Made by a program: the position numbers and the translations under genes. From assembly GCA_964394925.1 (NCBI GenBank), contig CAYMZG010000005.1:26873-90872 (forward strand): DNA of 64,000 nucleotides. The letters run 5' to 3'. This stretch comes from an uncultured Candidatus Saccharibacteria bacterium (lineage in GTDB: Bacteria; Patescibacteriota; Saccharimonadia; Saccharimonadales; CAYLGV01). A model generated the notes under the pieces. That model was not told the DNA's origin. It searched no databases and worked only from the letters and a program-made list of their open reading frames with translations. This document shows positions 25,684 through 35,979 of the stretch, one piece after another (positions within the stretch are counted from its first letter, which is position 1; every line of letters begins with the position of its first letter).

Positions 25684-26028
25684 TTATCGGACGGCACTGT
25701 CCCGATATTGGTGAATGGCAGCCGTGACACTTCCCCATACCTCAGCGTGCTCGGGGATTTTGTGCTTAGGTGACACAGCAAACTGGCCATCCTTGACCCA
25801 GACAGCGGGATCATTGCCACGTGGTGTCACAGCTCGGTCAACCAACAACACATCTCCGGCAAAAATGCCCTGCCTGGCCCATTCATTGCCGGTGATGCGC
25901 ATCATATAGGTGCTAGCGCTGTGCTGAATTAATAGTTGGTTAAGGTCAATGCCTTGCAGTGAGCTATCGGTAGCCGGGTTGGGAAACCCATCATGCACTG
26001 ATACGCCGCTCGGATTGTTGTAATACAT
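25684..26028 (-). CDS. umuD: UmuD-like S24-fold protein lacking the Ser/Lys catalytic dyad
   Basis: [16 protein letters not shown]...[20 protein letters not shown] aligns with the UmuD core. The ATG at 26028 follows a GAGGAG RBS. Confidence 0.75.
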   Translation of the reverse strand: MYYNNPSGVSVHDGFPNPATDSSLQGIDLNQLLIQHSASTYMMRITGNEWARQGIFAGDVLLVDRAVTPRGNDPAVWVKDGQFAVSPKHKIPEHAEVWGSVTAAIHQYRDSAVR

Positions 26029-26185
26029 CGTCAATCTCCTCATATAGTAATTTGCTTGCTTTTCGCCGTGTAAAGCGCCACTGGCGCCAGCGCGTTCGCC
26101 AGACCGCATACCAATACTGTTGTGGTGGCTCGCGGAGTGGCGTGACGAGCGGTGTTTCTATGAACAATACTTTCTTGGTGCTCAT
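25991..26185 (-). CDS. hypothetical 64-aa ORF
   Basis: Its ATG overlaps the stop of the upstream ORF (ATGA), and its 3' end overlaps umuD-like by 38 nt. The Arg/Trp-rich composition makes it doubtful. Confidence 0.3.
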   Translation of the reverse strand: MSTKKVLFIETPLVTPLREPPQQYWYAVWRTRWRQWRFTRRKASKLLYEEIDDVLQQSERRISA

Positions 26186-26421
26186 GGCTTGGCACCACCA
26201 TAGAGCAGGATGCGTAGATCTGGTAGGAGCAGCTTGGCTTCTGCTACACGCATGCCGGTGGTGATGCCAAGCTTACGCGCCTCCTTCGAGGCCGCTGTAA
26301 TAATCCCCTGGTTCAGTCGTTTCATGCGTTGCCGCCGATTCCCCGGCTGGTAGGCTGCAAACGCCCAAGCCCGTTTCATTTGTTCTTTGGTTGTGACATT
26401 CATCATAAGTTGCATAATCAA
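26182..26421 (-). CDS. 79-aa ORF resembling the N-terminal segment of Y-family polymerases but lacking the catalytic DxD-FF motif
   Basis: GIITAASKEARKLGITTGMRVAEAKLLLPDLRIL resembles DinB [34 protein letters not shown] (recalled from memory). Confidence 0.4.
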   Translation of the reverse strand: MIMQLMMNVTTKEQMKRAWAFAAYQPGNRRQRMKRLNQGIITAASKEARKLGITTGMRVAEAKLLLPDLRILLYGGAKP

Positions 26422-26457
26422 TTCCTTTCGTTAGTAGAAGTTCTGAATGAGTGGTGC

Positions 26458-26700
26458 CTAAAGGGCTCGGCTGCTGAGTAGCGTCCAGGTGCGGCTGCCC
26501 GGCTCAAAGCTCAGACGGTACAGTTTTTGGCCGTCTGTCATGTTAAAAATTTGTATAAGATCTTGGCCTTTTTGCACCAAGCAGCGTAGGCCGTTTTGCA
26601 GGAAACTAAGTTCCCTGCCTTCGACTTCGATATTGCGTGGGAAACAGTGCTTTTGATCAAAGTAAAACGCAGTGACATTAACTACGGTGTTGTGAGACAT
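26458..26700 (-). CDS. hypothetical 80-aa protein, first gene of the umuDC-like cassette
   Basis: The ATG follows an AGGAG RBS with 7-nt spacing. Confidence 0.5.
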   Translation of the reverse strand: MSHNTVVNVTAFYFDQKHCFPRNIEVEGRELSFLQNGLRCLVQKGQDLIQIFNMTDGQKLYRLSFEPGSRTWTLLSSRAL

Positions 26701-26957
26701 ATACGACTCCTATAAGAGATTTAGGGATAACAAAAGAGTCAACTGAGACAAATTGTTCAGCCGGAACGGGTTAGAAGAGAGCTTTCTGGTAGGCTCGTGG
26801 GACCGTTCACCCGATGAGCAATTTACAGATAGCTAAATGTCGTATATGTGAGGCGCGCAGTGACCTGAGTATGCTTGCCTAGTCGTGTATAAAGCCTGGT
26901 GGCGATGGACGATTTGCCGGGACGGCAAAACTGACTCATGCTCCCATAGCTGCTTGT

Positions 26958-26987
26958 AGTATAGCCACTCAAAGTGCTCGTGGTCAA
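26958..26987 (-). promoter_or_regulatory. putative promoter with ~250-nt leader for the umuDC-like cassette
   Basis: On the minus strand: TTGACC (26982-26987), 18 nt, TATACT (26958-26963). Confidence 0.4.
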
Positions 26988-27023
26988 CGTTCGAATGATG
27001 TGCTTTTTGTCACAAACCTGTGC

Positions 27024-27458
27024 TTAAACCGGGCCGGGAGTTGCGGTTGACTGGTTAGGGTTAAGGCGTAATTGATCGAGGAACGTTACCAGCTCCTTGG
27101 GGGTAATCTCGGCCTTTACAATGTAGCCGTCGGCCTGGGCTTCAATGGCAGCACGACCCTCCTCGGCCAATTCAAGATTGGTCGTAACAATGATTTTGGC
27201 GCGCAGGTTTGGCGTCTCGCGTACGTCGCGCAGGCGATGCAGGATTTCGGTGCCAGTTAAGTTCGGCAGCATGATATCGAGCAAGATTACATCGTAAGCA
27301 TCGGTCTGGGCGGCCTGTAGCGCTTCTTGGCCATCAACAATTACCGTAACGTCGTAGCCAGCCTTGCTAAGGGCCCGAATATACAGCTCGCTAATAAATG
27401 GCTCATCTTCAATAATGAGCACGCGGGTGTTATTGCTGGGGGTGGGATTGTTGTCCAT
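27024..27458 (-). CDS. single-domain response regulator (REC only)
   Basis: VLIIEDEP...VILLDIMLP...IVKA. The start was moved to MDNNPTPS, 31 nt after the kinase stop. Confidence 0.85.
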   Translation of the reverse strand: MDNNPTPSNNTRVLIIEDEPFISELYIRALSKAGYDVTVIVDGQEALQAAQTDAYDVILLDIMLPNLTGTEILHRLRDVRETPNLRAKIIVTTNLELAEEGRAAIEAQADGYIVKAEITPKELVTFLDQLRLNPNQSTATPGPV

Positions 27459-27489
27459 AGTATTACTATTTATTGTACCCTGTTTATTC

Positions 27490-29031
27490 CTATCGTCGAT
27501 AAATTGAGTGGTTTTTGATCCAGCCGTGTGCCGTGCGAACCATGGCTTCATTGCCAGTGCCAGCTTTCAGCTCATCGGCCAGTTGGCTATAAGGTTTGAG
27601 TGTTAAGGCCACAGTCGTGCCCTCGCCCTCCTTAGATTGCACCCAAATGTCACCTCCATGGGCGTTAACAATGACCTTACTCAAATAGAGTCCGAGCCCG
27701 GTGCCGCTAACGGTGTCACGGTTACGGTGATTGCGGTGGAACTTCTCAAACAGGTTTGGCAAGACACTAGTTGGTATGCCGACGCCCTTATCGATCACAT
27801 CAATCTCAACGAGGTTGTCTTTGGTAAGCGTTGCTTTCATAAGCACCCCCTTGCTCTTGCCGCTGTATTTGATGGCGTTGTCGAGGAGGTTGCATAGTAC
27901 TTCATAGAGCGTCATACGGTCAGCGGCAACCGTGGGAAGTCCGGTCGCGATATCCAGCGAGACCTCCTTACCGGCGGCTTTTGCTCGTGTGGCCATGTCA
28001 CTGGCGGCATGTTTGATGAGTTCCTCAACACTCTCCTCGCCCAACTTAATGGCCAGCTGGTTTTCTTCAATGCGAGCCACGTTTAGGATAGTATTCACAA
28101 AGGCGGTAAGCTCATCGGCAGAGGCGCGCAGCCGATCCATGAACTTGGTCATCTCGGGATCGAGTTTGCCCTCAAGCTCGTCCTGGAACACTTCAATTAG
28201 CCCACGCATGAGGGTTAGTGGTGTGCGGAGCTCGTGCACCGCCAAAGCAATAAAGCTCAGCGACGTTTCGTCTTGTAAGTACTCCTCGGTGCGGTCGAAT
28301 AACGTCACAATGTATTCGATGCCAGTTGGGTTATCACGGTTATAAAAACCTTCCATGTCGCATTGGCGGTATTCACCGGGGCTGTCTTTGAACGAGACTC
28401 GCACCCGACGCCAATAGGCATTGTCGGTTATCTTATTGGCGGCACAGTCGGCGATCCAGCTCTCTAGGGTGAAGTCGCTTGGAAATTCGAGGTCCAGCGC
28501 TTCATAGATTGGTTTACCAAACAACTCAGCGCTGGGTCGGTGTGTAAAGTTAATTGCTGAGTCGCTCGCAAACGTAACGGCTTGCTGCTTATTAAATACA
28601 AACAGTGGTAACGGCAAGCGAGTTAAGATGTTACTCGACTGTGTTGCTTCTTTGCGGTGCTCGGCCAATAGCGTGTTTTGCTGAACGGTTGCCAGCTCAT
28701 AGAGCTGAAAGACCATGCTTGTGACGTATTGACTGCCGATCGACAACTGATCGGTTTGGGGCGCAGAAGATGGAGTCTCTGTTGGCGACAAGTGCAAGAT
28801 ACCGTCACCAAGGGCCTTAAGGGGGACTCTCGCTAGTTGCCCGGCCAAGGCGGCTGTAGCAAAGGCAGCGAGTAGGCTGAGGACAACGGTAATAGCAAAG
28901 GTGATGAGTGGCTGCAAGTGTCCAACGCTGTACAAGAGGTATCCCACTCCAAGCACAACCAGCTGGGCGAGGCTGGCCATGAGCCATATACGATTGCGTA
29001 TTTGACCAGTTGCTTGCTTTAAGTGCTCCAC
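27490..29031 (-). CDS. sensor histidine kinase
   Basis: H-box FIALAVHELRTPLTLM, NLLDNAIKYS, DKGVGI and GTGLGL. Two N-terminal TM segments. Confidence 0.85.
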   Translation of the reverse strand: MEHLKQATGQIRNRIWLMASLAQLVVLGVGYLLYSVGHLQPLITFAITVVLSLLAAFATAALAGQLARVPLKALGDGILHLSPTETPSSAPQTDQLSIGSQYVTSMVFQLYELATVQQNTLLAEHRKEATQSSNILTRLPLPLFVFNKQQAVTFASDSAINFTHRPSAELFGKPIYEALDLEFPSDFTLESWIADCAANKITDNAYWRRVRVSFKDSPGEYRQCDMEGFYNRDNPTGIEYIVTLFDRTEEYLQDETSLSFIALAVHELRTPLTLMRGLIEVFQDELEGKLDPEMTKFMDRLRASADELTAFVNTILNVARIEENQLAIKLGEESVEELIKHAASDMATRAKAAGKEVSLDIATGLPTVAADRMTLYEVLCNLLDNAIKYSGKSKGVLMKATLTKDNLVEIDVIDKGVGIPTSVLPNLFEKFHRNHRNRDTVSGTGLGLYLSKVIVNAHGGDIWVQSKEGEGTTVALTLKPYSQLADELKAGTGNEAMVRTAHGWIKNHSIYRR

Positions 29032-29048
29032 CCGCTTCTTTCTAAGGC

Positions 29049-30287
29049 CTACGGCGCGTATTTAACATAGCTCGGATTACCAACAGCGGTTATCCATGTC
29101 TGGCCAGCATTCAGTGCAATTGGGGAGCCATTGGCATCACCGAAGCGTATCTGGCTGCCTTCATTCTCCTTCGACCACGTACCTTCGGTGACGGCACCAT
29201 CTTGGAAGATGTAGGCCTTACCATTACCAAATGCATTATAGGTAGTGTGAATACCATCGGCATCAATGCCCTGCTGTAACACAATAGCAATTACAACCTT
29301 CGGATTCAGTTGGGCGCCTGACTTCTCGTCGATATGCGGCTTACCACCCTCGCTGCGTTTGTAGCTATTGCTCGTAGCGTCATAGTCGTAGTGGGCGTAG
29401 TACAACGGGCTGCTAATGGTGAAATCAATCGACTTGGCAGAAGGTGTGGCAGCCGGCTTTTCGGCCTTGCGCGGAAAACCAATAAAATTGCTTGAGGTAA
29501 AGCCCTTGGACTTTTCGAGTTCAAGCAGCTTCGGAACAGAGGTGTACATATTATGCGGTGCATAGCGCTGTGGGATGCGCCAATATGGTGCCGTGTTGAA
29601 GAACTGGTCAAGGTCTTTGTAGCCGGGTGAGCGAATCATTTGGAGCGCTTCGGCACTACCGCCAACGTGGGCAATGGCGGCGTCGAAGCCACGGGCCCAA
29701 CGAATGTAATAAGGCCGTACGGAACGCACGGGCCCAACGTAATCCGGCTGACTTTCTTGGAACAGCGCGAGGAATCGAGTAATGCCACCTTCTGCAATGG
29801 CTTCAAAGACCACGCCGGCAGTGTTTAGGCCTGATTGTGGGCGCGCATCTGGGCTGTTCTCGATCATAATACCCGTTACAGGAGTCTGATTGGTGCCGAT
29901 TGGCACCTGAACGCCCGTTAGATTGGAAGCCTCGGTGGTTGGTTTGGGCGGTTCGGGCTTGGCTTGTGTCTGATTTTGAATGGTAACAGTTTTAGTAGCT
30001 TCCTTTTTGAAGAAACCAATGTATATACCTGTTGCCGTACCGGCTACGAGGAGTATCGTGGCAATAATAATGGCAATTTTCTGCCAAGTCGGTCGCTGCT
30101 GCCACCACGCTTTGACTTTGCTGCCTACGCCCTGTTTTGAGCCATCACGTTTGTGCGGTGAAGATCCTGCTTCATCTGTCTCGTTACCGGCATAACGTGA
30201 CATATCGATAACATCTTCATCAGCAGCCACTTGTTCTGGTGGTTCAAAGGTTGGTTCGTGATCTCGTTGCATATCTGTTTTAGGCAA
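29049..30287 (-). CDS. DUF3048 (YerB-like) membrane-anchored protein
   Basis: One TM segment, then IMIENSPDARPQSGL...GGITRFLALFQ...VGPVRSVRPYY, which is typical of DUF3048 (family recalled from memory). Confidence 0.65.
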   Translation of the reverse strand: MPKTDMQRDHEPTFEPPEQVAADEDVIDMSRYAGNETDEAGSSPHKRDGSKQGVGSKVKAWWQQRPTWQKIAIIIATILLVAGTATGIYIGFFKKEATKTVTIQNQTQAKPEPPKPTTEASNLTGVQVPIGTNQTPVTGIMIENSPDARPQSGLNTAGVVFEAIAEGGITRFLALFQESQPDYVGPVRSVRPYYIRWARGFDAAIAHVGGSAEALQMIRSPGYKDLDQFFNTAPYWRIPQRYAPHNMYTSVPKLLELEKSKGFTSSNFIGFPRKAEKPAATPSAKSIDFTISSPLYYAHYDYDATSNSYKRSEGGKPHIDEKSGAQLNPKVVIAIVLQQGIDADGIHTTYNAFGNGKAYIFQDGAVTEGTWSKENEGSQIRFGDANGSPIALNAGQTWITAVGNPSYVKYAP

Positions 30288-30367
30288 TTTTTAGCAGGTG
30301 TTATATTTGATGTAAAATTACACCCCATTGTAACATGCTTATGCTATCTGTGCATCAGATGAGAATT

Positions 30368-31795
30368 CTAGAGGGCGGCCAATTGCTGGTTGAGACGTCT
30401 CAGGCTAACCGTTTTGCCAAGTACGGCTAGTGTATCCGCCAGGCCAGGACTTGCAGGAGCCTGGGTTGTGGCAACGCGGATGAGACTAAACAGCACCGCA
30501 GGCTTTTGCTCGGTGGCTTCGAGTAAATCATTGAGGCGTTTTGTGAGATCCTCAACACTAAAATCACTGGCTTCAAGGGTTGTCTTGGCTTGCTCTAAAA
30601 GCTCGCGCAGTTCAGGTGTGTCAAGTTTTTTGAGCTGCTTGTGTCCGCTTATGAGTTCTGGCTGGAGTGGTAGATCGGCAAAGAAATAATCGGTCAAAGC
30701 TGGTAGCTCAGAGAAATACTTAAGACGTTCTTGCACAAGGCCCAATACCAGCTTCTTGTACGCATCGTCGTAGGCCTCAGCAGTCTTTGGCCAGTAGCCG
30801 CTGACAGTGTTGAACAGGTCGTCGAGGGGTAATTCACGTATCTTGGTGCCGTTCATCCAAACAAGCCGTTGTTCATCGAAGCGCGCCCCACTGCGCTGCA
30901 CGCGGTCGAGGCTAAACTTCTTGATAAGCTCGTTAATGGTAAATAGCTCCTGCTCGGTGCCGTCATTCCAACCAAGGCTGGCAATAAAGTTAATCAGCAC
31001 CTCTGGCAAGAAGCCGTCGCGCAGGTAATCAATAACATCCTTGGCGCCATCGCGCTTGCTGAGTTTTTTGGTACCACTTGGCCCCAAGATGTGCGGCATG
31101 GTGGCAAAGATTGGTCGCTCCAGGCCCAGCGCCTCATAGAGGTTAAGGTAGTTTGGTGTGCTTGCTAAGAACTCTTGACCCCTAATAACATGAGTAATCT
31201 TCATTTCTGCGTCGTCGACAATGTGGGCGAAGTTATAGGTTGGAAAACCATCCGACTTAATGAGGATGAAATCATCTATCACTTCGGGGCCAGTGCTTAG
31301 ATCGCCCATCACGGCGTCATGCCACTGGTAAGCTTTGGGGTCAGATTTAAGGCGTAGTGGCTGTGTGCCGTCCCAGGCGGGAGGATTCTCGGGGCGGTGA
31401 TTACGGTATAAGAAAGGTCGCTTCTCTTTTTGAGCCTGTTCACGAAAGGCCTGTACTTCTTCAGGGGTGTACGGATCGGCGTAGGCACGACCAGTATCAA
31501 CGAGCTTCTGCGCCCATGGCTTATAGGTAGCGAGCCGTTCGCTTTGGCGATATGGGCCATACGGGCCAGCACAGTCAGGGCCTTCGTCATAATCAAGTCC
31601 CAGTTTATGCAGTGAGTCCATAATCTGCTGATCGGCCCCGGCAACTTCACGTGCTTGGTCGGTGTCTTCAAGCCGAAGGATAAACTGGCCACCAGATTGG
31701 CGTGCTAGTAACCAGGCGTACAGAGCCGTACGAATGCCACCGACATGCAGATAGCCAGTGGGACTGGGGGCAAAGCGAGTTCGAGCGGGTTTCAT
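30368..31795 (-). CDS. gltX: glutamyl-tRNA synthetase
   Basis: RFAPSPTGYLHVGGIRTALY (HIGH region) and KLSKR (KMSKS). The start was moved to MKPARTRF. Confidence 0.9.
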   Translation of the reverse strand: MKPARTRFAPSPTGYLHVGGIRTALYAWLLARQSGGQFILRLEDTDQAREVAGADQQIMDSLHKLGLDYDEGPDCAGPYGPYRQSERLATYKPWAQKLVDTGRAYADPYTPEEVQAFREQAQKEKRPFLYRNHRPENPPAWDGTQPLRLKSDPKAYQWHDAVMGDLSTGPEVIDDFILIKSDGFPTYNFAHIVDDAEMKITHVIRGQEFLASTPNYLNLYEALGLERPIFATMPHILGPSGTKKLSKRDGAKDVIDYLRDGFLPEVLINFIASLGWNDGTEQELFTINELIKKFSLDRVQRSGARFDEQRLVWMNGTKIRELPLDDLFNTVSGYWPKTAEAYDDAYKKLVLGLVQERLKYFSELPALTDYFFADLPLQPELISGHKQLKKLDTPELRELLEQAKTTLEASDFSVEDLTKRLNDLLEATEQKPAVLFSLIRVATTQAPASPGLADTLAVLGKTVSLRRLNQQLAAL

Positions 31796-31869
31796 AGCAG
31801 TTAATTGTACAAGATAGGCGGTGTTTTGCCTACGGCATGTCATCTGTTATGCAGAATCAAGTACGTTGA

Positions 31870-32943
31870 TTAAAGAGAGGCCGCGATGTTAAGCAGCTGA
31901 TCGCTGTTGAGTTGTGAGTCACCTTCGATGCGGTACCATATGCCACCGTCAACCCAAGTGGCATTACTGCCGTCGTAGACGTAAATTGTTTTGCCACGAT
32001 CTTGGATGGTCTGGTTGTTCGGGTGATTAACTGCCACATAGTTGTCCATGAGCGCCTGGCTATTCCACTCGGATACGTTTTGCATAATTCTGAAGTTTCG
32101 ATTGTCACTAGTTGACTTATATGGAATAGTGATCTGGCCTGGGCTATAGGCGATGCCACCTGCGACCCCAAAACCAGCTGGCTGGTAGCTCGGCAAATTA
32201 CCCTTAATGCCAGCGCGAGAAGCAGCGATGCGCATGCCGATACTGGTGCTGTTTTGGTATACAAAAAAGCCAACCACGAGCACCAGTGCAATCGCAAAAC
32301 CACCTACACTCACCTGTCGTGGGGTGAGGTGTAATCGTCGTGCGAGGCGTGCGGTGCGCTTGTCTTTTTTAAGCGGTGCACTATCTACTGCCTCAGCGTC
32401 AGATAACGCCTTGTCAATTGTTCCTAGGTTGCTTTTACTCGAGATGTTCGCCGTGGTGGTGTTCGCTGAGTGTCGACCGGGTTTGCCGTCTTGCTTGATA
32501 GACTGGCTTGAGACTGCCGAGGTCTTGGCTGTGGCTGAATCTGTGGTGATCTGCGTGGTCGAGAACCGACTAATGGCGGCACTCTTTGGCACCACCTTGG
32601 CATGCTCGAGCCGTTGTTTGTTCATGACGGGTTTTGAGTTAGTGATTGATTTGGCGGGTGTAGTTTGGCTATTTGTAGCTTTAACGGGCTTCGGTTTCGC
32701 AACGGTTTTACGCATCAATGTCTTTGATTTCTCAGTTGGATGAGCAGTGGCCTGATTGGTCTGTCGTTTGAGATTGTTCCCTGGTGTTTTTTTGGATCGT
32801 CGAAAACCATCGATCGATGCCACTTTATTTGTTGTGGCAGCCGCTTTTTTTGGAGTACCGGCAGCAGGCTTTGCTTCAATCATCTTACCCGTCAGGGCGT
32901 CATAACGCTTGCCGTTTAATTCAATAACGTGTTGATTACCCAC
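31870..32943 (-). CDS. hypothetical single-pass membrane protein with Lys/Thr/Ala-rich N-terminal region
   Basis: 357-aa ORF with TM segment VSVGGFAIALVLVVGFFVY and a C-terminal globular region. Confidence 0.55.
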   Translation of the reverse strand: MGNQHVIELNGKRYDALTGKMIEAKPAAGTPKKAAATTNKVASIDGFRRSKKTPGNNLKRQTNQATAHPTEKSKTLMRKTVAKPKPVKATNSQTTPAKSITNSKPVMNKQRLEHAKVVPKSAAISRFSTTQITTDSATAKTSAVSSQSIKQDGKPGRHSANTTTANISSKSNLGTIDKALSDAEAVDSAPLKKDKRTARLARRLHLTPRQVSVGGFAIALVLVVGFFVYQNSTSIGMRIAASRAGIKGNLPSYQPAGFGVAGGIAYSPGQITIPYKSTSDNRNFRIMQNVSEWNSQALMDNYVAVNHPNNQTIQDRGKTIYVYDGSNATWVDGGIWYRIEGDSQLNSDQLLNIAASL

Positions 32944-33083
32944 AGTGGCCTAAAAAACCTTTGGTTTTACGTGATGCATCTATCTTACCGCTAGCGCAAT
33001 CTGAGCGCAAGGGTCTTACGTGGTCTGGATATATTGCGAAGCCTGCCTATGGCTTCGTTTGCGTATTTTCGGTATGCTGAGTA

Positions 33084-34559
33084 GTGATGGATTTCCTCGA
33101 TCCCAAGAAGAAACGTGCACACCGCATCCGTCTCTATATAGGTTACGGTCTGATGGCGGTCGCCCTAGCCATTGCCACCGTTATTCTACTGTTCGCTGCC
33201 TACGGCTACGACATTGACCGCAGCACAGGGGGCATTATTCAGAATGGCATGGTGATTCTCGATGCTCATCCTGAATCGGCAACTATTTACGTGAATAGTG
33301 AACAGCGTGGCACTACCGCAGATCGATTGGCTCTGCCCGCGGGTCAATATAAGATTGAGTTAAAGCGAGACGGGTATCGACCATGGCAACATAATGTCAA
33401 TCTTGAGGGAAGCAGCATTGAACAGCTGGTGTATCCGTTCTTGTTCCCGCAGAAACTTGTGAGCAAGAACCTGCAGCAATTCGCTACCCCGCCACAGGTA
33501 GCGTCACAGAGCCCCGATCGCCACTGGCTAATTGTATCTGAGCCAACCGTTGGGAGCTTCCAGGTATTTGATCTAAATAACGATAAGAACCCTTCAACGA
33601 GCATTAGTTTGCCGGCTGACACCATTACATCTACTCCTGGCGCTCAAAGCTACGAAGCTATAGAGTGGTCAAGCGATAACACACATCTGTTACTTCGACA
33701 TGCTTATCAAGGTGGAGCTGAGTTTGTAGTGTTGGATCGTGAGAATCCTGCCAACAGTGTGAATATCACCAAGCTTTTTACTGGCACACCATTCACAACC
33801 GCGACTCTGCGAGACAAGAAGTACGATCAGTACTATTTACATACAAACGATGGTTCTTTGTATTCGGCTGAAGCTAAGAGTAAAACACCTACTCTGGTGG
33901 TCCAAAATGTCGCTCAGTACAAGTCTTACCAAGCTGATACCCTACTTTATGCTGTTTCAACAACGCCCTCGGCCACAGTAGCCGATATCCATTATCGTCA
34001 GGGATCACAAGATTACGTACTACGAACTGTGCCCAAGGCTGATAAGTACTTGCTGGATATGGCTCGTTTTAATGGACATTTCTATATTGCAGCCGGTAGC
34101 ACGGCCGACGGGCATACTTACGTGTATAAAGATCCAATCGACGATTACACACGCCGCCCAGCTCGTACACCCCAACCAAACCGTGTTTTGATTGAGCAAG
34201 GCGCCCAGTATGTATCATTCTCGGCTATCGCCCGTTTCATTGCGGTCCAGGCCGGTAGTAGCTTTGCGGTATACGATGCCGAAACGGGTCGACAGTTCAA
34301 ATATGACACCAAACTTAATCTGACGCCTGGTCAAAAAGCAACCTGGATGGACGGCCACCGCCTGCTCCTCAACAGTAATGATGTGCAATATGTTTTTGAT
34401 TTCGACGGTACGAATATGCAAAAACTAAATCCTACCCTTCATACGTATCCCCCATTCTTTGATCGTGACTACACGGCCCTCTTCACCGTCTCGCCGCAGA
34501 ATAACGCCGCCGACAAGCCAGTTTTGCTCCGCTCAGAGCTCAAAGTTAAAACGAACTAA
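33084..34559 (+). CDS. PEGA-domain membrane protein
   Basis: N-terminal TM segment, then ATIYVNSEQRGTT...LPAGQYKIELKRDGYRPW (PEGA-like), followed by a long beta-rich region. Confidence 0.65.
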   Translation: MMDFLDPKKKRAHRIRLYIGYGLMAVALAIATVILLFAAYGYDIDRSTGGIIQNGMVILDAHPESATIYVNSEQRGTTADRLALPAGQYKIELKRDGYRPWQHNVNLEGSSIEQLVYPFLFPQKLVSKNLQQFATPPQVASQSPDRHWLIVSEPTVGSFQVFDLNNDKNPSTSISLPADTITSTPGAQSYEAIEWSSDNTHLLLRHAYQGGAEFVVLDRENPANSVNITKLFTGTPFTTATLRDKKYDQYYLHTNDGSLYSAEAKSKTPTLVVQNVAQYKSYQADTLLYAVSTTPSATVADIHYRQGSQDYVLRTVPKADKYLLDMARFNGHFYIAAGSTADGHTYVYKDPIDDYTRRPARTPQPNRVLIEQGAQYVSFSAIARFIAVQAGSSFAVYDAETGRQFKYDTKLNLTPGQKATWMDGHRLLLNSNDVQYVFDFDGTNMQKLNPTLHTYPPFFDRDYTALFTVSPQNNAADKPVLLRSELKVKTN

Positions 34560-34703
34560 TAGTCCCACTCACCTACCTACTATGGCCCCTGCAGCTGTGT
34601 GGAGGGGTTTGGCTATAGGCCACAAGGAAACCAAGAGTGTGCCTTTGGCGGTTCCCGTACCCTCCAACATAGCTACAGGTGCCATGGCGGTGTTAGTGCG
34701 CTA

Positions 34704-35915
34704 TTAGCTAGATAGCCGGCTGGTGAGGCGATGCCAAAGTGTTTCGCTGTTACTCGGCAGTGTTTTGGGGCTGCCCTCATTGGCCTTGGCTGAACTAGCC
34801 GTGTTGCCTGCTGGATCGGGCGTTATCTGCTCACCAGTAACAACCAGGCGGTTTAAGCTGGTCCCCGGTGGGTCACACGTTATGAGGCTGAACGTGGCCG
34901 GCTTGCCGTAATTGTAGTTAAGTACTGACACGTCCTGCGGTTTAACAATCTTCTTATCGAATACTTTGTAGACGTAGCGTTTGCCGTCTTTTTGCAGTAT
35001 GAAAGTATCACCGTTCTCCAGTCGTTTTAAGAGTACGAAGGCGAACTTATACTTTCCCTTGTTAAAGATATTATTTGCGGAGTGACCGAAAATGGCACCG
35101 TTGCCTAATTCACCCGGATTTGGAGTTGTTGCGTAATGCACCACTCCCCTGTCGAGTGCGTTATGAATAGCATTCTCATCAATCGACGGCTCGTCGTACA
35201 CAACGGGTATCTCAACGTTAATTTTAGGAATAATTATGAGCGGTTCGCTACCAGCGGTAGTTGCGCTGCCATCAATGATTATGGAATTGTTACTGACGGT
35301 TTTACTTGGGGATATAAAAGGAGCCAAGAAGCGTTCATTGAAAAAACTAAACAGTAGGATCACGACAACGATTAGGCCCGAGGCCAGCCCGAACGCCAGT
35401 GATTTGAGGTGGCCTCCGCGTTTGCCATGCCCTGAACGAGCTGCACCACGAGCAATTTGTTTCTTCACCGCACTCACCGTGCGTGTGCCGTGCGGGTGGT
35501 GTTTCCGTCGGGCAGCAGTATTATGCGAGACATGATCAACTGGTGTTGGTGTGGTGAGTTGGGCGGTTTTATCGGTCGCGGTAGTAGCGTGGTGTGGTCG
35601 GCCGTCACCGAGGCGTACACCACGTTTGTTGTATTCATCATAAAATTCTTGCCAGACCTGATGCTTCTCGTGGTCTGGCAGGGCGAGATAGTAGTTGTGC
35701 CAAGCGGTCTGGATTTCCGCTAACGAGCGGCCAGATTGGCTCAACTCAAGCATGTAGCGTTGATGCTTCGAACGGTGCGGTTCATGCTTGGCCTCAATGA
35801 TCTCCTCTTTGGCGTTCGGCTCCTCTGCATAGAGGTCATTTAGTTTGGCACGAATCAAATCCGCCGCCGGATTGGCGGCGTTCTCGGGCGCGTTGTCGTG
35901 ATTCGTATTGCTCAT
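34704..35915 (-). CDS. sortase-family transpeptidase with long N-terminal extension
   Basis: GHSANN and the TLxTC-type motif FSLITCDPPG. One TM segment. Confidence 0.75.
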   Translation of the reverse strand: MSNTNHDNAPENAANPAADLIRAKLNDLYAEEPNAKEEIIEAKHEPHRSKHQRYMLELSQSGRSLAEIQTAWHNYYLALPDHEKHQVWQEFYDEYNKRGVRLGDGRPHHATTATDKTAQLTTPTPVDHVSHNTAARRKHHPHGTRTVSAVKKQIARGAARSGHGKRGGHLKSLAFGLASGLIVVVILLFSFFNERFLAPFISPSKTVSNNSIIIDGSATTAGSEPLIIIPKINVEIPVVYDEPSIDENAIHNALDRGVVHYATTPNPGELGNGAIFGHSANNIFNKGKYKFAFVLLKRLENGDTFILQKDGKRYVYKVFDKKIVKPQDVSVLNYNYGKPATFSLITCDPPGTSLNRLVVTGEQITPDPAGNTASSAKANEGSPKTLPSNSETLWHRLTSRLSS

Positions 35916-35979
35916 ATGTGCTTATGCTGGATTAACAGATACCAGTATAGTATAATTTGGCGGTCATTCATACCGAGCC

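Noticed and set aside
26982-27000. TCGAAC adjacent to the -35 of the umuDC-cassette promoter as an actinobacterial-type SOS box (TCGAAC-N4-GTTCGA)
   Set aside because: Only one half-site is present. The expected inverted partner GTTCGA is missing, and the sequence reads ACCACG.
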